From Lysobacteraceae bacterium (GTDB lineage: Bacteria > Pseudomonadota > Gammaproteobacteria > Xanthomonadales > Xanthomonadaceae): 32,570 nt of DNA. This document shows, piece after piece, positions 7,131 to 16,843 of this stretch. How positions within the stretch are numbered: position 1 is the first letter of the stretch; the number at the start of each line of letters is the position of its first letter. The translations under genes were made by a program, and so were the position numbers. Where the stretch lies: assembly GCA_003449515.1 (NCBI GenBank), contig DMHI01000281.1, positions 1 through 32,570 on the forward strand, given 5' to 3'. The notes beneath the pieces are model-generated. The model was given only the letters and a program-made list of their open reading frames with translations, made no database searches and had not been told where the DNA came from.

Positions 7131-10100
7131 ACCGCCTGGCGATCCTGTTGTCCCTCGCGTTGGCTTTGCTGCTCTCGGCCGTGTCATCCGCATGGGCGCA
7201 GATCGCTGTGCGTTCCACCGCGCAGGCGGGCATCGCCTCGGGCAATCTCGTCATCCCCAAGCCCGCGGGCACCAGCACCAATGATGTGCTGGTTGCGGTG
7301 ATCGCCAATGTTCCGGCCAATCGGGGGTTTCGCACTCCACCGGGTTGGACGGAGCGAATCTCCGACGCCGGCGACGGCAGCGTTCGGTTGGTGGTGCTGA
7401 CCCGCGTTGTGTCGGCCTCGGATGCGAGCGTCACGTCCTACACCTTCGAGCTCCAAAGCGGTGTCCATACGGGCGCGGTGGGCGGCATCATCGCCACCAT
7501 CGGCGTGGACACGGCGAATCCGGTAGACACATCGCGGATTGCCAGTAGCCCCGCGGGATTCGCACACGCGGTGCCCTCGATCACCACCACCGCGCGTGGC
7601 GCGCTTCTGCTCACCGCCTTCACGATGCCCGGGGCCACCGAGGACTGGCTACCGCCGGCGGGGATGGTCGAGGGCATCGACGTGGCGTCCACCCCCTCGC
7701 GTCCGCAGGCCAGTGGCGTGGCGTTGACAGTGACCTTGGAAGCACGCGGCGCGGCGGGTGCGACCGGTTCACGAACCGCCACCGCCGACAGCAGCGGGAT
7801 TGTCGCTGCGGCCGGACGCACGGCGGCGATCGCTCTGCGGCCAGCGTTGGCACCCGCCAGTACCCATTACCGGCTCGACGGCGCCGTGGGCTCGATGGCC
7901 AGTGCATCGGGCGAAATCTTCGATAGCGGCGGTACATCGCTGCACGGCCGGCGGCTGACGATCAGCACGCCGACGACAACCAACTTCGTGGCGCCGAATC
8001 CGACCATTCACAGCCAGGTTGCTGCGGTGCAAGGCCAGTTCTGCAACGCCGCCAGCTTCGACGGGCGCTCGGTGCTCGAAGTGCCGGCCAGCAATCTGTT
8101 CGACTACACGACCGAGTTCTCGGCGTCGGCGTGGATCTTCCCGACCGCGCTGCCCGGATCCGGTGGGCTGTCATCGGTGTTGTCCAACGACCAGAATTAC
8201 GAATTCCACCTGAACTCGGCCGGGCGGCTCAACTGGTGGTGGGGCGGCGGCGACCGGGAACTGACATCGAATTCGACCATCCCGCTCAACCGCTGGACCC
8301 ACGTGGCCATCACGTTCCGGTCGGTTGCGGGCTCGGCGCGACAGCGCATCTACATCAACGGCGTGTTGGACAGTGCGACCAACAGCTGGGCCGGAACGCT
8401 GACCCCGAATGGCTGCAACTTCTACATCGGTGGAGACGTGGCGACTGGTGCCGGCTGCTCGCTGATCAGCGACCGCGCGTTTCGCGGTCTGATCGACGAG
8501 GTGAAGCTCTACAACTTCGAGTTGAGCTCCACGGAGGTGAACAATGACCGGACGCTCGGTCGCGCCTGCACGAATCCGGTTACGCGCTACCGGATCGAGC
8601 ATGACGGCGAGGCGCACTCCTGCGCGACTGAGTCGATCACCGTGCGCTCCTGTGGGAATGCCGACTGTACGGTGTTCGCCACTGGCGGGGCCACCGGCAC
8701 CGTGGTGGCTGGCGGCAACAGTGTGCCCTTCAGCATCCCAGTGGGGCAAAGCAGCACCAGCGTATCGCTGCTGCTGCCGACCACGACGGGCCTGCCCGAT
8801 CCGGAAGCTGTCCGGCTCGGCGTCGGATCGGTCTCGCCGGTGCCGTCGTTGGTACCGAGCTGCCGCATCGGTGCCGGCCCCGTCGATACGACCACCGCCT
8901 GTGATTCGCGGGTGGGCGACGTCGGCTTCGTGATCAGCGCCCCGGATCATGTTGCCGACACGGTGGCGGCGGCCACCGTGCGTGCCTTGCGGCGTAGCGG
9001 TTCGGGTCCGCCCGATACAGCCTGTTCGCCACTGTTCACCAACGTCACGCGCAGTATCGGCTTCTGGACGAGCTATGCCGATCCCATCACGGGCACGCGA
9101 GCGGTCAGTTTCGGCGGTAGCACGCTCGGCAGCGCATCGCCCGGCACGCCGGTGAGCCTCGCCTTCGATGCCTCGGGAACCGCGACGGCGAGCCTGCGCT
9201 ATGGCGACGCCGGGGCGATCAACCTGCAGGCGCGCTACGTGGGCGGTGCGGCCGGTGATAGCGGACTGACCATCACCGGATCCGACCGCTTCGTCACGCG
9301 TCCGGCGCGCTTCCAGCTCACCGTCGCGGGGCATGACGCCAACCCGGCGCTTCCGGCCGATGCGACGCGCCCCGTGTTCGGCGTCGCTGGCGCCCCATTC
9401 AACGTCACTGTGCAGGCATTGAACGCATCGAACGTCGCGACGCCCAACTTTGGACGTGAGGCGGTACCCGAGCGCGTGCAGTTCATTTCGTCACTTCTCG
9501 CTCCCGCTGGCGGCAACAATCCCGCAACCGCGATCAGCGGATTCTCGACCTGGTCGAACGGCGGGTCGTCGGGCACCGTGAGCTGGCCCGAAGTGGGTGT
9601 GATCACGCTGACGCCAGAATTGCTCAGTGCCCCCTACCTCGACTTCAGCCCCGGCGCCAACGGCAACGTCGTCGGCACCGCCGTGGAGCGCGTCGGCCGG
9701 TTCCGCCCCGCCCGGTTGGCGGTGACGCCGAATACGCCGGTGTTGGCGAACGCCTGCGTGGCCGGCACGTTCGGATACATCGGCCAGCCCTTCATCTTCG
9801 GTACCGAGCCCGAGCTCGTGGTGTCAGGGTTGAATGCGGTCGGTGCGGTCACACGGAACTACGATCTTGTCGTAGCCGGCGCGTCGAATCCGTTCCGCCG
9901 CTTCGGTGGCGGCCTGGCGGGCCGCAGTTATGCCAGCACCGCGACAGGCACTGGCGCTGCATTGTCGCGCACCACTGACGGTGGTGCCGGCGTGGTCGCC
10001 GACGTCTTGCCGCCGGCCTTCGATGGGCTGGCGCGGGTGATCGTACGAGGTGACGCGCTGGCATGGGCGCGGCCCCTCGCGCCGGCCGCGCCGTTCGTAC

Positions 10101-10711
10101 CGCGGCTCGACCTGCGTTTCAGCGCAGCGGACCTGACCGACAGCGACGGCGTGTGCTTCGACACGCCGGCCCTCGACGGCTGCGACCCGCTCACCATCGC
10201 CGGCATCGTCGGGCCCGCCGGCAGCCAGCAGCGCTGGGGCCGTGTCGCGGTCACGAACGCCTTCGGCTCCGAGCTGATCGACCTGCAGGTGCCGATGCGC
10301 GCCGAGTTCTTCAACGGCACCGCCTTCGTCACCAACACCGCCGACGTCTGCACCGCCCTCACCCTGCAGCCGTTCGCCGATCCGGCGATCTTCGATGCCC
10401 TGATGCCCACCGAGACCTGCGTGCAGGACACGGGCAATCCCGGCGCGAGCGGGCGGGGCTGCGCCGTGCCGGGGCCGCTGCCGGAGCGGCGCTACACGCT
10501 CACGCCGCCGGTGGCGGCAGGCGGTGCCTACACACTGTGGCTGCGCGCTCCGGGTGCCGGCAACGTGGGCATCCTCGATGTCACGCCGGTCGTGCCGGCG
10601 TGGCTGCAGTTCGACTGGCGCGGGGCCGGCAACGCCGCCCCGACGGCGCGCGTGGGTTTCGGCGTGTTCCAGGGCGACCGCCGCGCCATCCATCAGCGCG
10701 AGGTCTACTGA
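7127..10711 (+). CDS. mshQ: MSHA tip-adhesin-like protein MshQ (signal peptide, beta-rich N-domain, LamG/ConA-like domain, DUF6701-type C-terminus), 1194 aa
   Basis: Sec signal ending AWA|Q; LamG motifs (FSASAWIFP, LNRWTHVAITF, IYINGVLD, FRGLIDEVKLY); MshQ-type motifs TPNFG, VGRFRPA, WGRVAVTNAFGSE, WLQFDW, ARVGFGVFQGDRRAIHQREVY. Confidence 0.88.
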   Translation: MNRLAILLSLALALLLSAVSSAWAQIAVRSTAQAGIASGNLVIPKPAGTSTNDVLVAVIANVPANRGFRTPPGWTERISDAGDGSVRLVVLTRVVSASDASVTSYTFELQSGVHTGAVGGIIATIGVDTANPVDTSRIASSPAGFAHAVPSITTTARGALLLTAFTMPGATEDWLPPAGMVEGIDVASTPSRPQASGVALTVTLEARGAAGATGSRTATADSSGIVAAAGRTAAIALRPALAPASTHYRLDGAVGSMASASGEIFDSGGTSLHGRRLTISTPTTTNFVAPNPTIHSQVAAVQGQFCNAASFDGRSVLEVPASNLFDYTTEFSASAWIFPTALPGSGGLSSVLSNDQNYEFHLNSAGRLNWWWGGGDRELTSNSTIPLNRWTHVAITFRSVAGSARQRIYINGVLDSATNSWAGTLTPNGCNFYIGGDVATGAGCSLISDRAFRGLIDEVKLYNFELSSTEVNNDRTLGRACTNPVTRYRIEHDGEAHSCATESITVRSCGNADCTVFATGGATGTVVAGGNSVPFSIPVGQSSTSVSLLLPTTTGLPDPEAVRLGVGSVSPVPSLVPSCRIGAGPVDTTTACDSRVGDVGFVISAPDHVADTVAAATVRALRRSGSGPPDTACSPLFTNVTRSIGFWTSYADPITGTRAVSFGGSTLGSASPGTPVSLAFDASGTATASLRYGDAGAINLQARYVGGAAGDSGLTITGSDRFVTRPARFQLTVAGHDANPALPADATRPVFGVAGAPFNVTVQALNASNVATPNFGREAVPERVQFISSLLAPAGGNNPATAISGFSTWSNGGSSGTVSWPEVGVITLTPELLSAPYLDFSPGANGNVVGTAVERVGRFRPARLAVTPNTPVLANACVAGTFGYIGQPFIFGTEPELVVSGLNAVGAVTRNYDLVVAGASNPFRRFGGGLAGRSYASTATGTGAALSRTTDGGAGVVADVLPPAFDGLARVIVRGDALAWARPLAPAAPFVPRLDLRFSAADLTDSDGVCFDTPALDGCDPLTIAGIVGPAGSQQRWGRVAVTNAFGSELIDLQVPMRAEFFNGTAFVTNTADVCTALTLQPFADPAIFDALMPTETCVQDTGNPGASGRGCAVPGPLPERRYTLTPPVAAGGAYTLWLRAPGAGNVGILDVTPVVPAWLQFDWRGAGNAAPTARVGFGVFQGDRRAIHQREVY

Positions 10712-10723
10712 GGCTCGGGGCCT

Positions 10724-11227
10724 TCAGGCCTCGTAGCGCACGTCGACGACGAGGAAGCGCGCCAGCCCTCCGGGCAGCTCGGCGTCGAACCCGTCGTCGA
10801 TGCGCTTGCCCAGCGCCGCTCGGGCCAGCGGCGAGTCGATGCTGATCCAGCCCTTCGCCGCGTCGATCTCGTCGGGGCCGACGATGCGCCAGGTCGCCTG
10901 CGCGCCAGTGTCGTCGCGCTCGATGGTGAGCCAGGCGCCGAAGAACACCGCCCGCGGATCGGCGGGTCGCCCTTCGGCGACCTTCAGGCGCTCGAGCCGC
11001 TTGCTGAGGTGGCGCACGCGGCGATCGATTTCGCCGAGCTGCTTCTTCCGATACGTGTACTCGGCATTCTCCGAGCGGTCGCCCTCGGCCGCCGCCGCGG
11101 CGAGGGCCTTCACCACCTCGGGCCGGCGCTGGGTCCAGAGCTGGTCCAGCTCGGCCTTCAGCCGGTCGTGGCCTTCGCGCGTGATCAGCGCGGTCGAGGG
11201 CGCTTGCGGTGGGCGCCAGCGCGGCAT
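10724..11227 (-). CDS. greB: Transcription elongation factor GreB
   Basis: [64 protein letters not shown]. Confidence 0.95.
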   Translation of the reverse strand: MPRWRPPQAPSTALITREGHDRLKAELDQLWTQRRPEVVKALAAAAAEGDRSENAEYTYRKKQLGEIDRRVRHLSKRLERLKVAEGRPADPRAVFFGAWLTIERDDTGAQATWRIVGPDEIDAAKGWISIDSPLARAALGKRIDDGFDAELPGGLARFLVVDVRYEA

Positions 11228-11239
11228 CGGCGCGGGCGC

Positions 11240-12793
11240 TCAGCCCGCCGGCGGGTAGGTCAGCGCAGCACCCGGGCCCAACGGCCAGCCCATGAAGATC
11301 CACAGCGCGAACAGGGTCGACCAGCCGAGGAAGAAGGTGATCGAGTACGGGATCATCGTGGCCACCACGGTGCCGATACCGGCCTTCGGCTCGTAGCGTT
11401 GCAGGAAGGCGATGACGATGGCGAAGTAGGCCATCATCGGCGAGATGATGTTGGTCACCGAATCACCCACGCGGTAAGCGGCCTGCGTCACTTCCGGCGA
11501 GTAGCCGAGCAGCATGAACATCGGCACGAACACCGGCGCCATCAGCGCCCACTTGGCCGAGGCCGAGCCCATCGCCAGGTTGACGGTGGCGGTGAGCAGG
11601 ATGAAGCCCAGCAGCAGCGGGATCTTCGGCAGGCCCAGCGCCTTCAGCACCTCGGCACCTTCCACGGCGAAGATCAGGCCGAGATTGGTCCAGTTGAACA
11701 GGGCCACGAACTGCGCGGCGAAAAACACCAGCACGAGGTAGGAGGCCAGTGTCTCCATGCTCTTGTTCATGCCCTTGATGACGTCGGTGTCGCTCCGGAT
11801 GGTCCCGGCACCGATGCCGTAGGCGATGCCCACCAGCGCGCCAGCGATGAAGATCAGGGCGACGATGCCGTCGAGGAACGGCGCCAGCGCCTTCAGGGTG
11901 TCGGCTTCGCCGGCGATGCGCAGTGCGCCGTCGGCGGGCAGCGTGGCCAGCAGCAGCAGCGCCGTCAGCACCACGGTGGCGACGCCGGCATAGGCGAGGC
12001 CGCGCTTCTCGGCGGCGCTGATCGGCTCGATCTTCTCGTCGCCCTTGCCATAGCTGCCATCGGGGAAGCGGCGGGCGACGATCTTCTCGGTCACCCACCA
12101 GCCAAGCAGGGTGATCAGCGGGGTCGAGGCCTGCATGAAGAACAGGTTGGCCGCAGCACTGACGGTGTAGGTCGGATCGACGATCTGTGCCGCTTCTTCG
12201 GACAGGCCGGAAAGCAGCGGGTCGACGGTGCCGAGCAGGAGGTTGGCCGAATAGCCGCCCGACACGCCGGCGAAGGCCGCGGCGATGCCGAGGATGGGAT
12301 GGCGGCCGGCGGCGATGTAGAGCAGGCCGGCCAGCGGCACCAGCAGCACGTAGCCGATCTCGCTGGCCATGTTCGACATCACGCCCGCGAACACCACGAT
12401 CGGCGTCAGCAGGAAGCGCGGCGCGTTGAGCACCACGATGCGCAGGCAGGCGCCGATCAGGCCGGAGTGCTCGGCCACGCCGATGCCGATCAGCGCCACC
12501 AGCACGGTGCCCAGCGGCGCGAAGCCGGTGAAATTGGTGACCAGCCCGCCCATGATCCGCTGCAGGCCGTCGACGCTCAGCAGGTTCACCGGGATGACCG
12601 GCTCGCCGGTTTTCGGATGCGCCACGCTCAGGTCGAACTGCGCCGCGATGGCACTCATCACCACCACGACGACGGTGAGCAGGAAGAACAGCGTGGCCGG
12701 ATGCGGCAGCAGGTTGCCGGCGCGCTCGACGATGCCAAGGAAGCGATCGACGGCGGTGTGCTGGGCGGGGCCAGGGGCAGCGGTGGTGGTCAT
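11240..12793 (-). CDS. AbgT-family transporter (YdaH/MtrF-like), 517 aa
   Basis: [61 protein letters not shown]; multiple TM segments. Confidence 0.92.
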   Translation of the reverse strand: MTTTAAPGPAQHTAVDRFLGIVERAGNLLPHPATLFFLLTVVVVVMSAIAAQFDLSVAHPKTGEPVIPVNLLSVDGLQRIMGGLVTNFTGFAPLGTVLVALIGIGVAEHSGLIGACLRIVVLNAPRFLLTPIVVFAGVMSNMASEIGYVLLVPLAGLLYIAAGRHPILGIAAAFAGVSGGYSANLLLGTVDPLLSGLSEEAAQIVDPTYTVSAAANLFFMQASTPLITLLGWWVTEKIVARRFPDGSYGKGDEKIEPISAAEKRGLAYAGVATVVLTALLLLATLPADGALRIAGEADTLKALAPFLDGIVALIFIAGALVGIAYGIGAGTIRSDTDVIKGMNKSMETLASYLVLVFFAAQFVALFNWTNLGLIFAVEGAEVLKALGLPKIPLLLGFILLTATVNLAMGSASAKWALMAPVFVPMFMLLGYSPEVTQAAYRVGDSVTNIISPMMAYFAIVIAFLQRYEPKAGIGTVVATMIPYSITFFLGWSTLFALWIFMGWPLGPGAALTYPPAG

Positions 12794-12865
12794 TCCGGGG
12801 CGGCAGTGCGAGGCGAGGGCGGGGATTGTGCCCCACAGGCGGCCTGTTGCGGCGGTGCGCCCCGC

Positions 12866-14407
12866 TCAGCGTCGCCCGCCGAGCAGGCCGCCGAGCAGGC
12901 CACGAAGCAACTGCCGGCCCACCTGCTGGCCCACCGTGCGGGCCGCGGATTTCGTCATCGACTCCAGCGCACCTTGGCGGCGACCGTTGCCCCAGAGGAA
13001 TTCGTTGAGGCGTCCGCCCGATCGATCGCCGGCGGGTGCGGGCGCGGGTGTGCCGCCAGCGCGCGGCGGCGGCGTGGTTTCCCCAGCGGGTGCGGCGCTG
13101 GCCGGCGCGGCACGGCGCGCCAGTGTCTCCGCTGCGGATTCACGATCCAGCGGCGTGTCGTACCTGCCGCCGAGCCCGCTGCCCGCGCGCAGCGCGGCGC
13201 GCTCGTCCGGGGTGATCGCGCCGAGCCGGCAGCCGGGCGGAGCCATGAGCGTGCGTTCGACCATCGAGGGCTGGCCACCACCCTGCAGCGTGGAGACCAG
13301 CGCCTCGCCGACGCCAAGTTCGGCGATCACCCGCGCGGTGTCGAGCTTCGGGTTCGGCACGAAGGTCTCGGCGGCCACGCGCACGGCTTTCTGGTCGCGC
13401 GGGGTGAAGGCGCGCAGCGCGTGCTGGATGCGGTGGCCGAGTTGCGCGAGCACCACGTCGGGAACATCGGAGGGGCTCTGCGTGCAGAAGTACACGCCCA
13501 CGCCCTTCGAGCGGATCAGGCGCACCACCTGCTCGATGCGCTGCTGCAGGGACGGCGGGCAATCGGCGAACAGCAGGTGCGCCTCGTCGAACACGAACAC
13601 CAGCTTCGGTTTTTCGAGATCGCCCACCTCCGGCAGGGTCTCGAACAGCTCGGACAGCAGCCATAGCAGGAAGCTCGCGTAGAGCCGCGGCTTCAGCACC
13701 AGCGTCTCGGCGGCGATCACATTGACCACGCCGCGGCCGTCGCCGCCTGTGCGCATCAGGTCGGCGAGCTGGATCGCCGGCTCGCCGAGCAGGTGGCGCG
13801 CGCCTTCCTGCTCGAACTTCAGCAGCGCGCGTTGCAGCGCGGCGAGGCTCTGCGGCGACACCAGCCCGTAGGTCTGCGACACCGCCTCGCGGTTCTCGCC
13901 GATGAAGCCCAGCAGCGCGCGCAGGTCATCCATGTCGAGCAGCAGCAGGCCTTCGGCATCGGCGAGCGCGAAGGCGATATCGAGCACGCCGCTCTGCGCT
14001 TGCGAGAGTTCGAGGATGCGCGAGAGCAGGGGCGGGCCGATCTCGCTCGCCGTGGTGCGCAGCGGATGGCCGTTTGCACCGAACAGATCCCAGAACACGA
14101 CGGGAAGGCCGGCGAACGCGAACTCCGGCCCGGTGGCGGCCAGCTTCAGCGCCTCGAGCCGCGCCTGCAGCCGCGGGTTCATCGCGCCGGCCATGCCCAG
14201 GCCCGCGACATCGCCCTTCACATCGGCGATCACCACCGGCACACCGGCCTTCGCGAAGCCTTCGACGAGCCGCAGCACCGACACCGTCTTGCCGGTGCCG
14301 GTGGCGCCAGTGACCAGGCCGTGGCGGTTGCCGAACTTCAGCGGCAGCGTGATCGGACGGTCTTCAGCGAATCCCAGCAGCAGGGTGTCAGCGGCGATGG
14401 CGGTCAC
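12866..14407 (-). CDS. DUF853 / YjgR-like HerA-FtsK superfamily ATPase, 513 aa
   Basis: NRHGLVTGATGTGKT, DVKGD, KPKLVFVFDEAHLLF, VRLIRSKGVGVYFCTQ, QHALRAFTP; GTG start with a GAGGA RBS and a TACACT -10-like hexamer upstream. Confidence 0.9.
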   Translation of the reverse strand: MTAIAADTLLLGFAEDRPITLPLKFGNRHGLVTGATGTGKTVSVLRLVEGFAKAGVPVVIADVKGDVAGLGMAGAMNPRLQARLEALKLAATGPEFAFAGLPVVFWDLFGANGHPLRTTASEIGPPLLSRILELSQAQSGVLDIAFALADAEGLLLLDMDDLRALLGFIGENREAVSQTYGLVSPQSLAALQRALLKFEQEGARHLLGEPAIQLADLMRTGGDGRGVVNVIAAETLVLKPRLYASFLLWLLSELFETLPEVGDLEKPKLVFVFDEAHLLFADCPPSLQQRIEQVVRLIRSKGVGVYFCTQSPSDVPDVVLAQLGHRIQHALRAFTPRDQKAVRVAAETFVPNPKLDTARVIAELGVGEALVSTLQGGGQPSMVERTLMAPPGCRLGAITPDERAALRAGSGLGGRYDTPLDRESAAETLARRAAPASAAPAGETTPPPRAGGTPAPAPAGDRSGGRLNEFLWGNGRRQGALESMTKSAARTVGQQVGRQLLRGLLGGLLGGRR

Positions 14408-14518
14408 GGTGCGCGTCCTCGTGCGGTGCGCGTGCAGTGTAAACGCCGCATCGCGACGGTTGAGCGGTGGCGGGCGCGTCGGTAGGCTGCGGCTTCGGCT
14501 CAACCCGGTGGTCCGCTC

Positions 14519-16057
14519 GTGCTCCAGCGTCGTTCTCTGCGGCCCGCGCCGCTGCTCGCCATCCTTGTGCTTTCGCTCGCCGCCCTCGTCGCGCCCGCGC
14601 TGGGTGCAGCAGCGGCGGCCGATCCCGGTGCTGATGCCGGGCACGAGGCGCTGTACGTCGAGTTCGAGTCGGCGGCCAGCGATTATCGCGCCGGTATCGC
14701 GAAGGCGGTGGCCGGTGAACGACGCCCCGGAAAGCGCATGGCGCAGCGGGCGATGGAGCGGATGCTCGATCTCGCCGCCACCTGCGCCCGCACCGAGGGC
14801 TGCGACGGCGAGCGCCTGATGCTGCGTTTCGATGCACTGCTTGGCGCGCGCACCCGGGTGGCGGGCGAGGGCGATGCGCCGGAGATCGGGCGCACCGCCG
14901 CTGCCGCCGCGACCGCGTCGAATGCCCGGGCAACCGCCGCAGGCGCCAGCAGCGACTCGCCGGTGCTCGCCGACTTTCCCAACGCCGCCGACACGCTCAA
15001 CCAGCTCAATGGCCGCGATCTGCGCGAGATCATCGTGCAGAACGAGGCGGTGCGTGCGGCGATGGCCGAGTGGCTCACCCACCTGCGCCCACAGCTGATC
15101 AATGCGCACGAGCAGTACCAGTACCTGCGCTTCCTGATGTGGCCGGAGTACGAGCGCGCCGGCCTGCCGGAGGCCCTGCTGTTCGCGATCATGGCGCGGG
15201 AATCGGGTGGGCGCGTGCATGCGATCTCGAGCGCCGGGGCGGCCGGGCTGATGCAGTTCATGCCGGCCACCGGCCGCCGCTTCGGACTGGGCTGGCACGA
15301 CGGATTCGACACCCGGTTCGAGCCGCAGCTCGCCGCCCGCGCCAGTGTGGAATACCTCAACGAGCGTTTCGCCGAGCTCGGCCACGATCTCGAGCTGTCG
15401 CTGGCCGCCTACAACGGGGGCGAAGGCCGCGTCGGGCGGCTGGCGCGCGAGTTGCCCGGGCGGAGCTTCTGGGATCCGTCGGTACAGGCGCGGCTGCCGA
15501 AGGAGACGCGCGACTACGTGCCCTACGTCCTCGCTGCGGCGTGGCTGTTCCTGCACCCGGAGGAGTACGGCCTCCAGTTTCCGCTGGTCAATGGCGCGGC
15601 CACCGTGCTCCGGTTGGAACAGCCGGCCTCGCTGAACCAGCTCACCGTCTGCCTCGGCAATGGCGGCACGCGCTACGGCTTCTTCCGCGCCCTGCGCAAC
15701 CTCAACCCGCGCTGGCTGCCGGGGACGGTGTTGCCGGCCGGCACCGAGCTGCGCGTGCCGGCCAAGGTGATGTCGCTCTACGACGCCGGCTGCGTGTCGG
15801 GCGAGCGCGCCGATCGCGCGCTGGCGCTGGTGAACGCGCGTCGGCCCGAGGTGCCTGCGGCGCCGGCGGCGCACAGCCCTTCACTCGACAGCCCGTCGCG
15901 CGGCGCGACCCACACGGTCCGCCGCGGCGACACGCTCAGCGCGGTCGCGCGCCGGCACGGTTGCAGCGCGCAGACGGTGGCCCGCGCCAATGGCCTGCGC
16001 TCGCCGTATGCGTTGTGGCCGGGACAGCGGCTCCGTCTCGACGGCTGCGGCGGCTGA
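14519..16057 (+). CDS. MltD-like lytic murein transglycosylase (SLT domain + C-terminal LysM)
   Basis: Signal peptide; catalytic RES, AAGLMQFMPATG, AAYNGGEG, ETRDYV; LysM HTVRRGDTLSAVARRHG. Confidence 0.9.
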   Translation: MLQRRSLRPAPLLAILVLSLAALVAPALGAAAAADPGADAGHEALYVEFESAASDYRAGIAKAVAGERRPGKRMAQRAMERMLDLAATCARTEGCDGERLMLRFDALLGARTRVAGEGDAPEIGRTAAAAATASNARATAAGASSDSPVLADFPNAADTLNQLNGRDLREIIVQNEAVRAAMAEWLTHLRPQLINAHEQYQYLRFLMWPEYERAGLPEALLFAIMARESGGRVHAISSAGAAGLMQFMPATGRRFGLGWHDGFDTRFEPQLAARASVEYLNERFAELGHDLELSLAAYNGGEGRVGRLARELPGRSFWDPSVQARLPKETRDYVPYVLAAAWLFLHPEEYGLQFPLVNGAATVLRLEQPASLNQLTVCLGNGGTRYGFFRALRNLNPRWLPGTVLPAGTELRVPAKVMSLYDAGCVSGERADRALALVNARRPEVPAAPAAHSPSLDSPSRGATHTVRRGDTLSAVARRHGCSAQTVARANGLRSPYALWPGQRLRLDGCGG

Positions 16058-16063
16058 CCGGCG

Positions 16064-16831
16064 ATGCGCGCGTTGGGCGTGGTGGCCGGCGTGCTGCTGG
16101 CCGGCTACATCGCGGTGCTCGCGCTGCTGTTCGTCGAACAACGCAGCCTGCTGTATTTCCCGCAGTACACCCGCGATCCGGTGGTCGAGCCGGATTTCAC
16201 CCTGGCGGTCGAAGGCGCCACCCTCTCCGGCTGGGTGCTCAATCGCGGCCAATCGCGGGCGCTGCTGTTCTTCGGCGGCAATGCGCAGGATCTCTCCCTC
16301 AGCCTCGACGAGGTCGCCGCTTGGGCGCCGGCGCACACCGTCTATCTGGTGGCCTATCGCGGCTTCGGTCGCAGCACCGGCGAGCCCACCGAGGCGGCGC
16401 TGATGGCCGACGCGATCGCGCTGTTCGATCATGTCGCGCCCCGACACGACAGCGTCGACGTCTACGGCCGCAGTCTCGGCAGCGCGGTGGCCGTGCAGTT
16501 GGCGGCGCTGCGTCCGGTGCGGCGGCTCGCCCTGATCACCCCCTTCGACAGCGTGCGGCGACTCGCTTCGGCGTTCTACCCGTGGGTGCCGGTGGGCTGG
16601 CTGCTGCGCGATCACTACGACAGCGTGGGCCGCGCGCCGCGGCTCGCCATGCCGACGCTTGTCGTCATCGCCGACCGCGACGGGATCATTCCGCCGGCGC
16701 ATGCCGACGCCCTGGTGGCCGCGTTCCCGACAGCGCCCGAGGTGCTGCGCGTGCCCGGGGCCGGGCACAACGATGTGCAGGACTTTCCCGAATACGCCGA
16801 GGCGTTGCGGCGGTTCTTCGCTGTGGAGTGA
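16064..16831 (+). CDS. Membrane-anchored alpha/beta hydrolase, 255 aa
   Basis: N-terminal TM, QRSLLYFP, FFGGNA, YRGFGRSTGEP, nucleophile GRSLG, Asp in ADRDGIIP, His in GAGHND. Confidence 0.88.
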   Translation: MRALGVVAGVLLAGYIAVLALLFVEQRSLLYFPQYTRDPVVEPDFTLAVEGATLSGWVLNRGQSRALLFFGGNAQDLSLSLDEVAAWAPAHTVYLVAYRGFGRSTGEPTEAALMADAIALFDHVAPRHDSVDVYGRSLGSAVAVQLAALRPVRRLALITPFDSVRRLASAFYPWVPVGWLLRDHYDSVGRAPRLAMPTLVVIADRDGIIPPAHADALVAAFPTAPEVLRVPGAGHNDVQDFPEYAEALRRFFAVE

Positions 16832-16843
16832 CCAAGCCGCGGG

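Noticed and set aside
12866..14407. DUF853 HerA-like ATPase as part of an anti-phage system
   Set aside because: No adjacent nuclease or Sir2 partner; it resembles the housekeeping YjgR type among core genes
14408..15874. Apparent ~490-aa N-terminal extension of the DUF853 ORF (1002 aa in the track)
   Set aside because: It is the antisense of the transglycosylase gene; a GTG with RBS at 14407 gives a normal-length protein
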